Position numbers and translations under genes: made by a program. The notes under the pieces were generated by a model. The model was given only the letters and a program-made list of their open reading frames with translations, made no database searches and had not been told where the DNA came from. Shown here one piece after another: positions 27,164 through 36,308 of a DNA stretch of 64,000 nucleotides. Position 1 is the stretch's first letter. The number at the start of each line of letters is the position of its first letter. Origin of the DNA: Thermoproteota archaeon (GTDB lineage Archaea; Thermoproteota; Bathyarchaeia; Bathyarchaeales; Bathyarchaeaceae); assembly GCA_042565955.1 (NCBI GenBank), contig JBHORG010000006.1, forward strand, positions 9,087-73,086. The letters run 5' to 3'.

Positions 27164-27718
27164 TTATTTTCCTCCTACCTTGTTTATAATTGTTTCAAAA
27201 CTTTGATTCCAAGCCTCGACTTTGAGGTTTGGGAAAGACCAGCTTGCATGGGGATTATAGTACCTGTTCAAGCTGATGGTCTTCAAGTTTGTAGAGAAGT
27301 GTTTTAGTCCTGACAAGATCACAAATTCCATGTAATAAGGCCAGCCCATAAATATAGCGACGTCATATGGACCTTTTCCATCTAAGCCTTTCCATGTTGG
27401 ATCTTTGAGTCTGTTGCCAATGTCCATTGCAGACATTTGGACAGCTGAAGTAAAGCCTTGTTTCACGAACTCACCTATTGTGTGAGCAGTTGCAACAACG
27501 GGAATTCCGGTGGCTTTGTTTAGCCTGATAGTATAGTCGATCATTTTGCCGGTGTCTTTGTCAGTTTTTGTAGACAAGTATCCGACAACGATAATGGGAC
27601 GTTTTGCCCGTTTTATGATCGCGGCAGCTACTTCAGGTTTCATAATAACATTAGCCTTTGTTGGACCCGCGATTTCTGCTGTTTGCCAAGGTTCTGCTTT
27701 TGCGCTCATTGTTATCAA
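27164..27718 (-). CDS. cdhB: acetyl-CoA decarbonylase/synthase epsilon subunit
   Basis: 184 aa; 4-nt overlap with cdhA; position and size typical of CdhB. Confidence 0.85.
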   Translation of the reverse strand: MITMSAKAEPWQTAEIAGPTKANVIMKPEVAAAIIKRAKRPIIVVGYLSTKTDKDTGKMIDYTIRLNKATGIPVVATAHTIGEFVKQGFTSAVQMSAMDIGNRLKDPTWKGLDGKGPYDVAIFMGWPYYMEFVILSGLKHFSTNLKTISLNRYYNPHASWSFPNLKVEAWNQSFETIINKVGGK

Positions 27719-30060
27719 CCTCTCTTCCTAACCATTCTTTTTAATAAAGTTGGATCTGGAATTCTTGTTTCCTTCCAGTTCTTCTCTTCGAGGATTTTGA
27801 TGATTTCAGTTTTCATGGTGATCGGTATGTCCATCTTGTTTCTGATAAACAAATGTATGTCATCAGGCATAACACCATAGTAGCGTTTGTGTAGATCAAT
27901 GTAGTGGGTCAACTTCATACTTCGACCTCTAGTGGTATCGTTGGGTCGCATACAAAGCTTAATCATCATCACCATAACCTCTTCCTTTGACTCAGCGGTT
28001 GTAAACAGATGTTCTGGAGCAGGACCAACGTAAACTTTGTCGCCGGTTCGGGCGTCATAGACGTACCAATCCTCTTTTTTGTCTGCTCGTCCAAGAAGCA
28101 TACGCCTATACTTGGATCCATGTGGACCAACCACTACAGGAACTCCAAGTCTCCAGAATCCGGAAGCTATTGCAGCTGCTTTTTGGGAGTAAGCACCCCA
28201 AGCAAGTCCTACAGCTCCAACACGATTGTGGATATAATCAGCGATTTCCTCGTAATTACCACGTAAGTTACGTTTTGCGAAGATGCTTGCAATTTTGATT
28301 GCTGCGCCGGCTATGTGAGAGTTAGAGACACAAGAACCAACGTTCAAAATACCTCCAGCTTCGAATCCACCCGGATATTTCTCATATAGAGATTTTCCTT
28401 CTTCATCTTTTACCGTCGCAACGGACATGGCTGCACATCCGGAGAGGACAACAATAAATCTACGTTTAGCGAATTCTTCAGCGATTTCTGCCACTGCTTT
28501 GCCACCTTCAGGATAGTTGGAACACCCAACTATGGCTATGACTCCTGGAATCTCTCCAAGAACTATAGGACCTCCGACGTTTCGGATTTCAACGTCTTGG
28601 ATAGCACCGCGTCCGGAACGCATCATAAACTTTTCTTCCCACAACTTTTCCTCTCCTGCCTTTATCATGAAGCTATGAAGAGGAAAGTCTTTGGAGCATG
28701 CACTGTCACATCGAGCACATCCTACACAGTTATCAAGAATCGAAGCAAACGGCTCAAGATCGCCTTCACCTGCTGCTTTCATAGCTTCAGGGATAGGCTG
28801 GTTGTTTGGACATGCCCGAATACATTCATTACATCCGGTGCAAGCTTGACCTGCTGCTTTTATTTCTTCGGCGGCCGGAATTATACTGAACTTGTTTCTT
28901 TTCGGTGCAACTGCTATTGCAGTTTCAACAGCAACTTCTCCAGCTTTATCAGAATCTAAGATGAGCACACCAGAAACTTTACCATCCACCAAATCGTCTA
29001 CAAGTTCTTTCGTTGAATCGTTGGTTCTGTTTTGGAGACCCAAACAGTTTTTGGGGCTTGATGCAATTACAGGAGTTTTGACTTTTTTTGCTTCTTCCAG
29101 AGCATCTGCTCTTATACATTGCTCGTCAACGACAATCAGGTCAGCTAATCCGCTTCTGATGTATTTTAGTTGCCAAGAGATTGGACCAACAACCTTAGCT
29201 GAAGGTTCATACCGAGTTAGGTCGTGGGCTGTACAACAGATTCCCACAACTTCGACTTGGCCCAACATCTTCTTTTCTTTAAGATAATCAATTATTCCAA
29301 CGCTTGACGGAACGTTGTGACCAATTACAAGAATTGTTGGTTTCTTGACATCTGCTACTCCAAAGCCTAACTCCACGAGTGGGGCTTCAGGGTCAGCTTT
29401 TGGAAAACCGAGAACTGAAATCTGGGCTATGTCAGCGACTTCCATTCCAACTTGGTCTGCCATTCCAACATGGAAAGCTTTTGACTCAAAGTCTATGTTA
29501 TTTCCTTCTTGTCCTGTGTGAGTTGCAGAGAGACAGTTTGTAACTTGTTGTTCACACCAGTCTAAGGCTTCCTCCAAATCCTTGAGCTTTTCAGGTTTAA
29601 TTCCACAGACTAGACGAGTGACGGGAGCTTCTACATCTATGTTTAAGCCTCCTTGGTCAAGGGGGATGTTACGTCCATATTTTTCTATCAAGTGTTCAAT
29701 TAAATGTCGACCGTGTGCAATGTGTGTAGCGGCTCCGATACAACATGCAAGGAGAACAATCCTTGACTGCTGAGCGGCCATGTTTAATCCACATGCCCCT
29801 CGTTTGTCTCCTGACAAGTCACATTTTCCGAATGTGCATAGACAGCAGACGTCACAGAAGGGAAGATAAAAGGGTTTGTAACGTTGCAGAAGTTTGAAGT
29901 CCCAATCCCTCAAATCAGTCATTGATGGAAAAGGAGTTGGACCCATAGGTTCTTCCCAAGAGTCATCAACAATTTTACCGATGGACACTTCAAGATCCTT
30001 TACGACAGCAACATTTGTTCGTAATTCTTTTGCTTTAACAACTAAACCTTTCTTAGCCAA
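27715..30060 (-). CDS. cdhA: acetyl-CoA decarbonylase/synthase alpha subunit (Ni-Fe CO dehydrogenase)
   Basis: 781 aa; N-terminal Cys clusters (CDVCCLCTFGKCDL..GACG), internal 2x[4Fe-4S] ferredoxin insert (CTGCNECIRACP; CVGCARCDSAC), C-cluster region. Confidence 0.92.
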   Translation of the reverse strand: MAKKGLVVKAKELRTNVAVVKDLEVSIGKIVDDSWEEPMGPTPFPSMTDLRDWDFKLLQRYKPFYLPFCDVCCLCTFGKCDLSGDKRGACGLNMAAQQSRIVLLACCIGAATHIAHGRHLIEHLIEKYGRNIPLDQGGLNIDVEAPVTRLVCGIKPEKLKDLEEALDWCEQQVTNCLSATHTGQEGNNIDFESKAFHVGMADQVGMEVADIAQISVLGFPKADPEAPLVELGFGVADVKKPTILVIGHNVPSSVGIIDYLKEKKMLGQVEVVGICCTAHDLTRYEPSAKVVGPISWQLKYIRSGLADLIVVDEQCIRADALEEAKKVKTPVIASSPKNCLGLQNRTNDSTKELVDDLVDGKVSGVLILDSDKAGEVAVETAIAVAPKRNKFSIIPAAEEIKAAGQACTGCNECIRACPNNQPIPEAMKAAGEGDLEPFASILDNCVGCARCDSACSKDFPLHSFMIKAGEEKLWEEKFMMRSGRGAIQDVEIRNVGGPIVLGEIPGVIAIVGCSNYPEGGKAVAEIAEEFAKRRFIVVLSGCAAMSVATVKDEEGKSLYEKYPGGFEAGGILNVGSCVSNSHIAGAAIKIASIFAKRNLRGNYEEIADYIHNRVGAVGLAWGAYSQKAAAIASGFWRLGVPVVVGPHGSKYRRMLLGRADKKEDWYVYDARTGDKVYVGPAPEHLFTTAESKEEVMVMMIKLCMRPNDTTRGRSMKLTHYIDLHKRYYGVMPDDIHLFIRNKMDIPITMKTEIIKILEEKNWKETRIPDPTLLKRMVRKRG

Positions 30061-30574
30061 GTTAAGTGACCTCTAGTTCAAGTTTGAGTCTATTCACTCA
30101 TCCACATACTTATTTACTTTTCTAAACCGATGAAAAATGGAGTTTGTAAATAAAAAATTTAGGTTTCAAGCAATAAAAGGATTATTGATGTATTTTCATG
30201 GATAAACTATCATTTGTAAATCAGGATAAAAAATAAACTATCATCTAACATCGAAAAATCTTAGAAAAGTAAGCAAGAGACACTAAAAAAATTCAAAATA
30301 TCAAGATTGAGCTCAAAGTTTCTGTAAATCGATAATTTGCCTAAAAGATCAGAATACTTTTAATCGCCGATCGAGTTGGAACAATAAGGAGTGAAAAAAG
30401 TTTCTTAGATAAACATTTCAAATTAACCGCCAATTTCGCTTCTTTATAAATCAACTAACAAGTCCCAATGTCACAGGTTTCATTACTAATTTCTAAATCA
30501 CAAGGTAGTTGGAAATGGCTTAATAATAAGAGAACTTATTAACCGTTTATCACTTTAACGGCCATTAATCGTAA

Positions 30575-32674
30575 GTGGAGAGGGTAGCTTTAACAAAGTT
30601 TAATGAGAAGCATTGTCACAAGTGGGCACTTCTATTAAAGCAGAGAAGAAGAAAACTTGATAAAGCCTTAGGAGCCGCGGTTTCCGGAGACTTTAAAACA
30701 GCAAAAACGTTGGCTTCCGAGGTTTTTCATGGCTCTACAGGTACAAACTCTGATCCGGGGATGGAGGGATCGCTACTATATCATATGGCCATGGTAACGA
30801 AAATGGCTGCAGAGTATAGAATAATTCTTGAAGCTCTGAAAATTGAAACTCCAAATGTAGAAGGATTATTATGGAGATTTTACATTGATTTTGTATCTGA
30901 TGCTAAAGAGCTTCTATTTGAAGTTGCCCAGTTATCAGAGACTGTAATAATGTCGGTTAGGAACCCAGTTCTTGGGGATGAAGAGAAGATTCAGATTTTT
31001 AGAAATCTGGTAGAAGAAACAAACAAAGTTGAAAAGATGCTTGAAATAGAAGACCAAGATCCATCAAATAGTCTTCAAAAGTTGTTTATTGAGTGGGTTG
31101 ACCATGTTGTTGAGATGCGTTTGCGTCAGGAATATGAAACGATAAAAGGTCTCTTGATCATTGAAAGATTAGCTGAGAACTTGGGTATAAAAAAGATTGA
31201 AGAAGTTTTTTGTTTAGTAAAGAAGTGGTTTGGAGAAGAAACCGTTGAAGCTGCATTCAATGTTTCTATTAGGTTAGGAATATCAAAAGAAAGGTTACAA
31301 AAATTAATGCTAAGTGACCACTTCATTGAGCATGAGTTGGAAATGAAGAATTTGGGAGGCTTTATGAGGTTCCTGAATTGTCCGATATTTGGTAGCCACA
31401 CCTACTTTGAAGCAGAAATGGGAAAAAAACTTGTGACATCTCAACTTTTCTGCAAAAACTTCTGTAAATCTCATGCACAAGCCATGTTTGAAAAGGTTAT
31501 TCCGTTCCCGGTGGGCGTAAATCAACCAGTAATGATGGCTTCAGATGGAAAATGTGAATTTCATCTAAAACTTGCCCCAACGGCTTCTGAATCATCCCAA
31601 GAAAAGTATGTTCCATTGGTTGTTTCTTGGAATGTAACGTTAAAGTGTAATTTAAAGTGTTCTCATTGCTACATTAACGCACAAGACGCAGATTTTGGAA
31701 ATGAGTTAAGCACTGACGCAGCAAAGATGCTAATCCACCAGATAACTGAAGTTAGTAGACCTCTGTTGATATTGAGTGGCGGCGAGCCTTTGTTAAGAGA
31801 AGACATCTACGAGATTATCAGGTATGGTGCAGATCGCGGCTTAAGGATGGGAATGGGAAGCAATGGGATGCTCATTGATGATGAAGCTGCAAGAAAACTC
31901 AAAGACGCGGGAATGTGGACGGTTGCAATCAGTTTGGATTCGAGTATACCAGAACGTCATGATGAGTTTCGTGGCGTTAAGGGTTGTTGGAAACACGCTG
32001 TGAATGCTATCAAAGCACTCAAAAATGCGGGCTTACAGGTTCAAGTTAACTGCACAGTCACGCAACAAAACTATGATGAAGTAGATGAAATAATGGCATT
32101 GGCTGAAGATCTAGGTGTTGACAATTTTCACTTGTTCTTTTTGGTGCCTACCGGAAGAGGAAATGAACTTGAAGATATAACACCAAGAATGTATGAGGAC
32201 ATGATTACGAGTACGCTAACAAAAACTACAAAGTATAAATTGAATGTGAAGCCTTCATGTGCTCCTCAGTTTATGCGTGTTGCTAAAAATCAGGGAGTTG
32301 ACATGTCGCGTTGGGTTCGAGGTTGTATGGCAGGCTTGTATTATTGTCGTATCTACCCTTCTGGCGAGGTTACGCCTTGTCCTTACATGCCAGTAAGTTT
32401 AGGGAACATCCGCGAAAGGTCATTTAAGGACATTTGGTTTAACTCGGAGGTTTTCAGGTCTTTGCGTGACTTTGAACAGTTGAAAGGAAAATGTGGAATA
32501 TGTGACCATCGTGAAGTGTGTGGAGGATGTCGTGCTAGGGCATATGGTGTAACTACAGAACAAATGGACTTTTGTGGCGCTTTGCATAAGCCAACAGAAA
32601 TGCAGGGCGATTATTTGGCAGATGATCCATGGTGCATTTACCAACCGAAGAGTTTAGCGTCTAGAAAGGAATAG
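30575..32674 (+). CDS. radical SAM/SPASM protein (AhbD/NirJ-like core) with about 340-aa N-terminal extension
   Basis: GTG start; CNLKCSHCY (Cx3Cx2C), GGEPLL, FFLVPTGRG, C-terminal SPASM-like GKCGICDHREVCGGCRARAY. The N-terminal half is helical and ends in a Cys-containing module (FLNCPIFG...FCKNFCKSH...GKCEFHL). Confidence 0.75.
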   Translation: MERVALTKFNEKHCHKWALLLKQRRRKLDKALGAAVSGDFKTAKTLASEVFHGSTGTNSDPGMEGSLLYHMAMVTKMAAEYRIILEALKIETPNVEGLLWRFYIDFVSDAKELLFEVAQLSETVIMSVRNPVLGDEEKIQIFRNLVEETNKVEKMLEIEDQDPSNSLQKLFIEWVDHVVEMRLRQEYETIKGLLIIERLAENLGIKKIEEVFCLVKKWFGEETVEAAFNVSIRLGISKERLQKLMLSDHFIEHELEMKNLGGFMRFLNCPIFGSHTYFEAEMGKKLVTSQLFCKNFCKSHAQAMFEKVIPFPVGVNQPVMMASDGKCEFHLKLAPTASESSQEKYVPLVVSWNVTLKCNLKCSHCYINAQDADFGNELSTDAAKMLIHQITEVSRPLLILSGGEPLLREDIYEIIRYGADRGLRMGMGSNGMLIDDEAARKLKDAGMWTVAISLDSSIPERHDEFRGVKGCWKHAVNAIKALKNAGLQVQVNCTVTQQNYDEVDEIMALAEDLGVDNFHLFFLVPTGRGNELEDITPRMYEDMITSTLTKTTKYKLNVKPSCAPQFMRVAKNQGVDMSRWVRGCMAGLYYCRIYPSGEVTPCPYMPVSLGNIRERSFKDIWFNSEVFRSLRDFEQLKGKCGICDHREVCGGCRARAYGVTTEQMDFCGALHKPTEMQGDYLADDPWCIYQPKSLASRKE

Positions 32675-32758
32675 CAATAGTAAATTTTTTCTTCATTATT
32701 TCGAAAAAAATTGATGATAAAAAGAAGGAAGAAGAGATGAAAGGTGAAAAGGTTTTAA

Positions 32759-33190
32759 TGGAAAAAGGAAGAAAATTTACTTGAGTGGGTGAAGTTTAAC
32801 AAATATCTTTTAAGTCTACATGAGCTCTATGCAACTGGAACCGCCGGAAAGCTTATCGAAAAAGCGGGCTTGGAAGTAAGCAAACTTAGGAGTGGCTCTT
32901 TAGGTGGCGACATTCAGATTGGAACCAAGATTGCATAAGGTGAGATTGATTTTCTGATATTTTTCTGGGATCCACTTGTGTCTCTTCCTCATGATCCTGA
33001 TGTGAAAGCGCTATTACGAATAGCTGTGGTATGGAACATTCCAGTTGCATGTAATCGTTCCACTGCTGATTTCATGGTTTCATCAACTATAATGGATAAT
33101 AAATATGAAAGGATAATTCCAGACTATGAGAATTACAGGAAACTTGGGATAGGCCGAACAATCGATCAACAATTATATTTGGTTGTTTGA
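32759..33190 (+). pseudogene. mgsA: methylglyoxal synthase homologue with in-frame TAA and degraded N-terminus
   Basis: The frame reads ..[79 protein letters not shown], matching MgsA. The stop is at 32936-32938; the N-terminal ALIAHD-type segment is absent from this frame. Confidence 0.7.
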
Positions 33191-33220
33191 TAATTAGTAA
33201 ACAAACGGGGAGATTTCCTG

Positions 33221-33931
33221 TTGAGGTACACCAAGATTAAGGCATTTGATTGTCCTGATGCGTGGTATAAGGTTCTGAATGAAATTTGGTACAATGGAGA
33301 CATTTTTAAAGTTGGGTATGGCTCTGAAGCCTCCGAAACAAAAAAGCTGAATGTCAGTATTGAGATTACTAATCCCGTGAATCGTCCTCTTGTAGATTTT
33401 ATGGCTCCTTGTGACATGAAATATGTTAATTGGTATGCCTTGAAGTATTTGTGGTCTGGCGCAATCGAAGAAGAAACATACACGTATGGAAGCCGGATGA
33501 GGAAACCCGTTGATCAGGTTGAAGAAGCTATTAAACGATATATTGAAGAACAAAGAGACCGACAAGTCACTTTTGTTATTCGTCTTCCCGAAGATATCAA
33601 AAAAAGTTTAGGAGACTACAAGAAACACGAACCCCCCTGCTTGAGTCTTATTGATACGGAAATATTGGATAACGAACTAAATTTAACGTGTTATTTTAGA
33701 TCTTGGGACGCTTATGCAGGATTGCCAGCAAACATAGCTGGAATTCAACTATTCAATGAAGCACTCGTATCAGAGATCAACAGAAGAGGAAATCTCAACC
33801 TAAAAACAGGTAAACTCATTTTCCATTCTAAGAATTGCCATATTTACGAAAGACAATATAGTTGGGTTGAAGAGAAAGTTAAACCTGGAGAGGATAAAAG
33901 ACGAAAAATGTTGGGATCAAACAAGTCTTGA
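33221..33931 (+). CDS. thyA: thymidylate synthase, archaeal ThyA-type
   Basis: TTG start; active-site-like EPPCLSL, YFRSWDAYAGLPANI, HIYE motifs typical of the ThyA family. Confidence 0.75.
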   Translation: MRYTKIKAFDCPDAWYKVLNEIWYNGDIFKVGYGSEASETKKLNVSIEITNPVNRPLVDFMAPCDMKYVNWYALKYLWSGAIEEETYTYGSRMRKPVDQVEEAIKRYIEEQRDRQVTFVIRLPEDIKKSLGDYKKHEPPCLSLIDTEILDNELNLTCYFRSWDAYAGLPANIAGIQLFNEALVSEINRRGNLNLKTGKLIFHSKNCHIYERQYSWVEEKVKPGEDKRRKMLGSNKS

Positions 33932-34079
33932 TTTTAGAAAAGGCTGTTTTAAACAATGAATTTTTACTAATCTTTTAATATCCTTATATTTTGGGATCAA
34001 TTATTTGCCTAGTTATTGGGCAAGATATTTATCCTCATTTGGTAGTAATGTTGATTATAGGTAAAATGGAGATATTATT

Positions 34080-34319
34080 ATGCCTATGGCCTATGTTTTG
34101 ATAACTACCGAGACAGGTGCTGTGGATAGTGTTTTAGCTTCCCTAAAAAAAATGGACCCTGTAAAAGAGACATTCATGGTTTATGGAGTTTATGACATTG
34201 TAGCCACGGTTAAGGCAGAAACTATGGATAAACTCAAAGAAATTGTTACTTGGAATCTACGCAGTTTAGATAAAGTCAGGTCAACTCTAACAATGATAGT
34301 AGTCGAGGCAGGCCAATAG
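34080..34319 (+). CDS. stand-alone Lrp/AsnC ligand-binding (RAM) domain protein
   Basis: 79 aa; AYVLITTETG...VYGVYDIVATVKAETMDKLKEIV pattern of RAM domains. Confidence 0.7.
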   Translation: MPMAYVLITTETGAVDSVLASLKKMDPVKETFMVYGVYDIVATVKAETMDKLKEIVTWNLRSLDKVRSTLTMIVVEAGQ

Positions 34320-34494
34320 AAACAGGACATATCCTATTTTTTTCTTTATGAATCAATATATCCCTCATTATAGTTATTGTCAAACATCTAAAACGGACAT
34401 ATTCATCAAGTTAAACATCAACTTTCCGCCCTACATCCATAATACCAATCAAAATTTTGATCAATGAAAATTTTATATAGGTCAACAGTGTCCT

Positions 34495-34818
34495 ATGATG
34501 TTGAGTATCATGGCTGAAATTTGCCCAACCTGCGGACTACCATCAGATATTTGTGTCTGTGAAGAAATCGGTAAAGAACAACAACGAATACGAGTACGCT
34601 TAGAAACCAGAAAATGGGGAAAAGCAGTAACCATCGTCGATGGAATCAGCGAAAAAGAAGCAAACCTAAGTCGACTGGCCCAGAAACTCAAATCTTTTTG
34701 CGCTTGCGGAGGAACTGCAAAGAACGACGAAATCATTCTACAAGGCGACCACAGAGACAAAGTCAGAACTTACCTCATTCGCCAGGGATACCCACAAGCA
34801 AATGTTGAAGTCCAATAG
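34495..34818 (+). CDS. sui1: translation initiation factor aSUI1 (eIF1 homologue)
   Basis: ICPTCGLPSDICVCEE zinc knuckle, RIRVRLETRKWGKAVTIVDGI, CACGGTAKNDEIILQGDHRDKV. Confidence 0.9.
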   Translation: MMLSIMAEICPTCGLPSDICVCEEIGKEQQRIRVRLETRKWGKAVTIVDGISEKEANLSRLAQKLKSFCACGGTAKNDEIILQGDHRDKVRTYLIRQGYPQANVEVQ

Positions 34819-34838
34819 CATTTTTGAGAGAACAAAAA

Positions 34839-35068
34839 TGGGTATATTCTCAGATTTTCGCGAAGTAATCAAAGGACTTAAACATAAAAAAATAGGTGAA
34901 AAAACAATAAAAGTTTGCCCAAAATGCGAAAGCAACCAAATTATGATGACCACCGGTCTGGACACATATCCTAGGATGTACGGAATAACTCCTAGAAAAT
35001 ATGTATGCACAGAATGTGGTTACTCTGGATCAATAATAATGGAGCAACCAGAAAAAGGAACGAACTAA
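34839..35068 (+). CDS. small zinc-ribbon protein, hypothetical
   Basis: Internal ATG of track ORF 34802-35068; CPKCES ... CTECGY two-CxxC ribbon. Confidence 0.45.
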
Positions 35069-35970
35069 TCTGGTAACTCAATTCCTAACTGCCTTCTCAA
35101 ACTTTTATATCTGTTCCTAACTGTAACTTCAGTTACTCCAGCTGCTTCTGCAATATCTTTCTGAGTCTTCTTTTCACTATTCAAAAGACAAGCAATATAC
35201 AAAGCAGCTGCGGCCAAACCCATTGGGTCCTTACCAGCTGCTGCACGCTTTCTGCGAGCTTCATGAAGAATCTTGATTGCCTCACCCTGAGTTGGACCGG
35301 TAATACCAGTTTTTTCCGCAATTTTAGAGACATATGTTAGAGGATTAGCGATTGGCATCTGGACATTAAGTTCTCTTAGTAGTAGACGATAGCATCGTGC
35401 TACATCTTTCTTATCAACGAAGCTAGCTTCAGCTATTTCCCTAAGCGTTCTTGGAGTTGCTGTGGTTCGACAAGCGGCATATAGTGAGGCAGCTGCGATT
35501 GCTGCGATTGATCTACCACGAACTAATCCCTTGTCTAGGGCTTTCCGGTAGATGATTGCGGCTTTTTCCTTTACTGGTCCGGGAATATATGATTTATCAG
35601 AGAGACGATCTAGTTCTGCCATGGCTTGGGCAAGGTTTCTGTCTACTGAAGAGTGAACCCGCGAACGTATCTGCCATTTTCGGAGTCTCCACATTTGAAG
35701 CCTTGTAGATAGAGGAAGTTTTCGTCCAAAAGCATCTCTATCTACGCGTCCTATGGCTGTAGATAAACCTTTGTCGTGAACTGAATATGAAGTGGGTACT
35801 CCAACTCGGCTTCTGGATGCCTTTTCTTCTTGAGTGAAGGCTCTCCATTCTGGACCTTTGTCCATCATCTGCTCTCTGACGACTAAACCACAGCCGCCGC
35901 AGATAGTTTCTCCAGTCTCGTAATCATGGATTAGGTTGGGGCTTCCACATTCTGGGCACTTTTCAGTCAT
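35065..35970 (-). CDS. tfb: transcription initiation factor TFB (TFIIB homologue)
   Basis: Zn ribbon CPECGSPNLIHDYETGETICGGCG, B-finger region, two cyclin-like repeats; start taken at MTEKCPECG (the track ORF extends to 36012). Confidence 0.93.
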   Translation of the reverse strand: MTEKCPECGSPNLIHDYETGETICGGCGLVVREQMMDKGPEWRAFTQEEKASRSRVGVPTSYSVHDKGLSTAIGRVDRDAFGRKLPLSTRLQMWRLRKWQIRSRVHSSVDRNLAQAMAELDRLSDKSYIPGPVKEKAAIIYRKALDKGLVRGRSIAAIAAASLYAACRTTATPRTLREIAEASFVDKKDVARCYRLLLRELNVQMPIANPLTYVSKIAEKTGITGPTQGEAIKILHEARRKRAAAGKDPMGLAAAALYIACLLNSEKKTQKDIAEAAGVTEVTVRNRYKSLRRQLGIELPD

Positions 35971-36308
35971 TCTACGTGAAATTCGTTTATTTTGCGTGAT
36001 CTTAAACCTCAAGATTATTCTGGCGAGAATTCCGTGATTAACTTGAATCGTCTTCCTTCTAAGGTACAGAAACCGTTTTTTCTGAACCCGCCGTAGTAAC
36101 CCTGAGGCTACGTTTTAATATATAAGCCTTACGATTTGTCGCCATGTATCTAACATTAAATGATGAAATATGAATAGAACCCTCGATTCCCATCCAATTT
36201 CTTTCAAACAGAAGGATCCAGAGATATTTATCAATATATAATAAAAAAATTGAGATATTTCGCAATATTTATAGGTAAAACATTCTAAGATTACCTGAGG
36301 ATCGGGGG

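Noticed and set aside
28597-29287. Long + strand ORFs (28597-28959, 28892-29287, and others at 28009, 29582, 29894) inside cdhA
   Set aside because: They lie antisense to a strongly supported CODH alpha gene and have low-complexity Ser/Thr/Cys-rich translations. These are typical shadow ORFs.
32936-32938. In-frame TAA in mgsA as a recoded or read-through codon
   Set aside because: TAA is not a known Sec or Pyl codon, and the N-terminus of the gene is independently degraded. A pseudogene is the simpler explanation.
36172-36180. 9-mer GAATAGAAC shared with 46651-46659, considered as possible island direct repeats
   Set aside because: About 0.4 chance matches of this length are expected between two 300-nt regions (roughly a one-in-three probability), and the flanks do not extend the match.
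36213-36223. 11-nt exact match (AGGATCCAGAG) between the tfb-integrase spacer and the reverse complement of the tRNA-Gln anticodon arm
   Set aside because: The match is in inverted rather than direct orientation, is centred on the GGATCC palindrome, and is too short. It is not acceptable as an att site.
36059-36265. 68-aa minus-strand ORF between tfb and the integrase
   Set aside because: It lies in the AT-rich divergent promoter region, has an implausible composition, and overlaps the expected tfb promoter.
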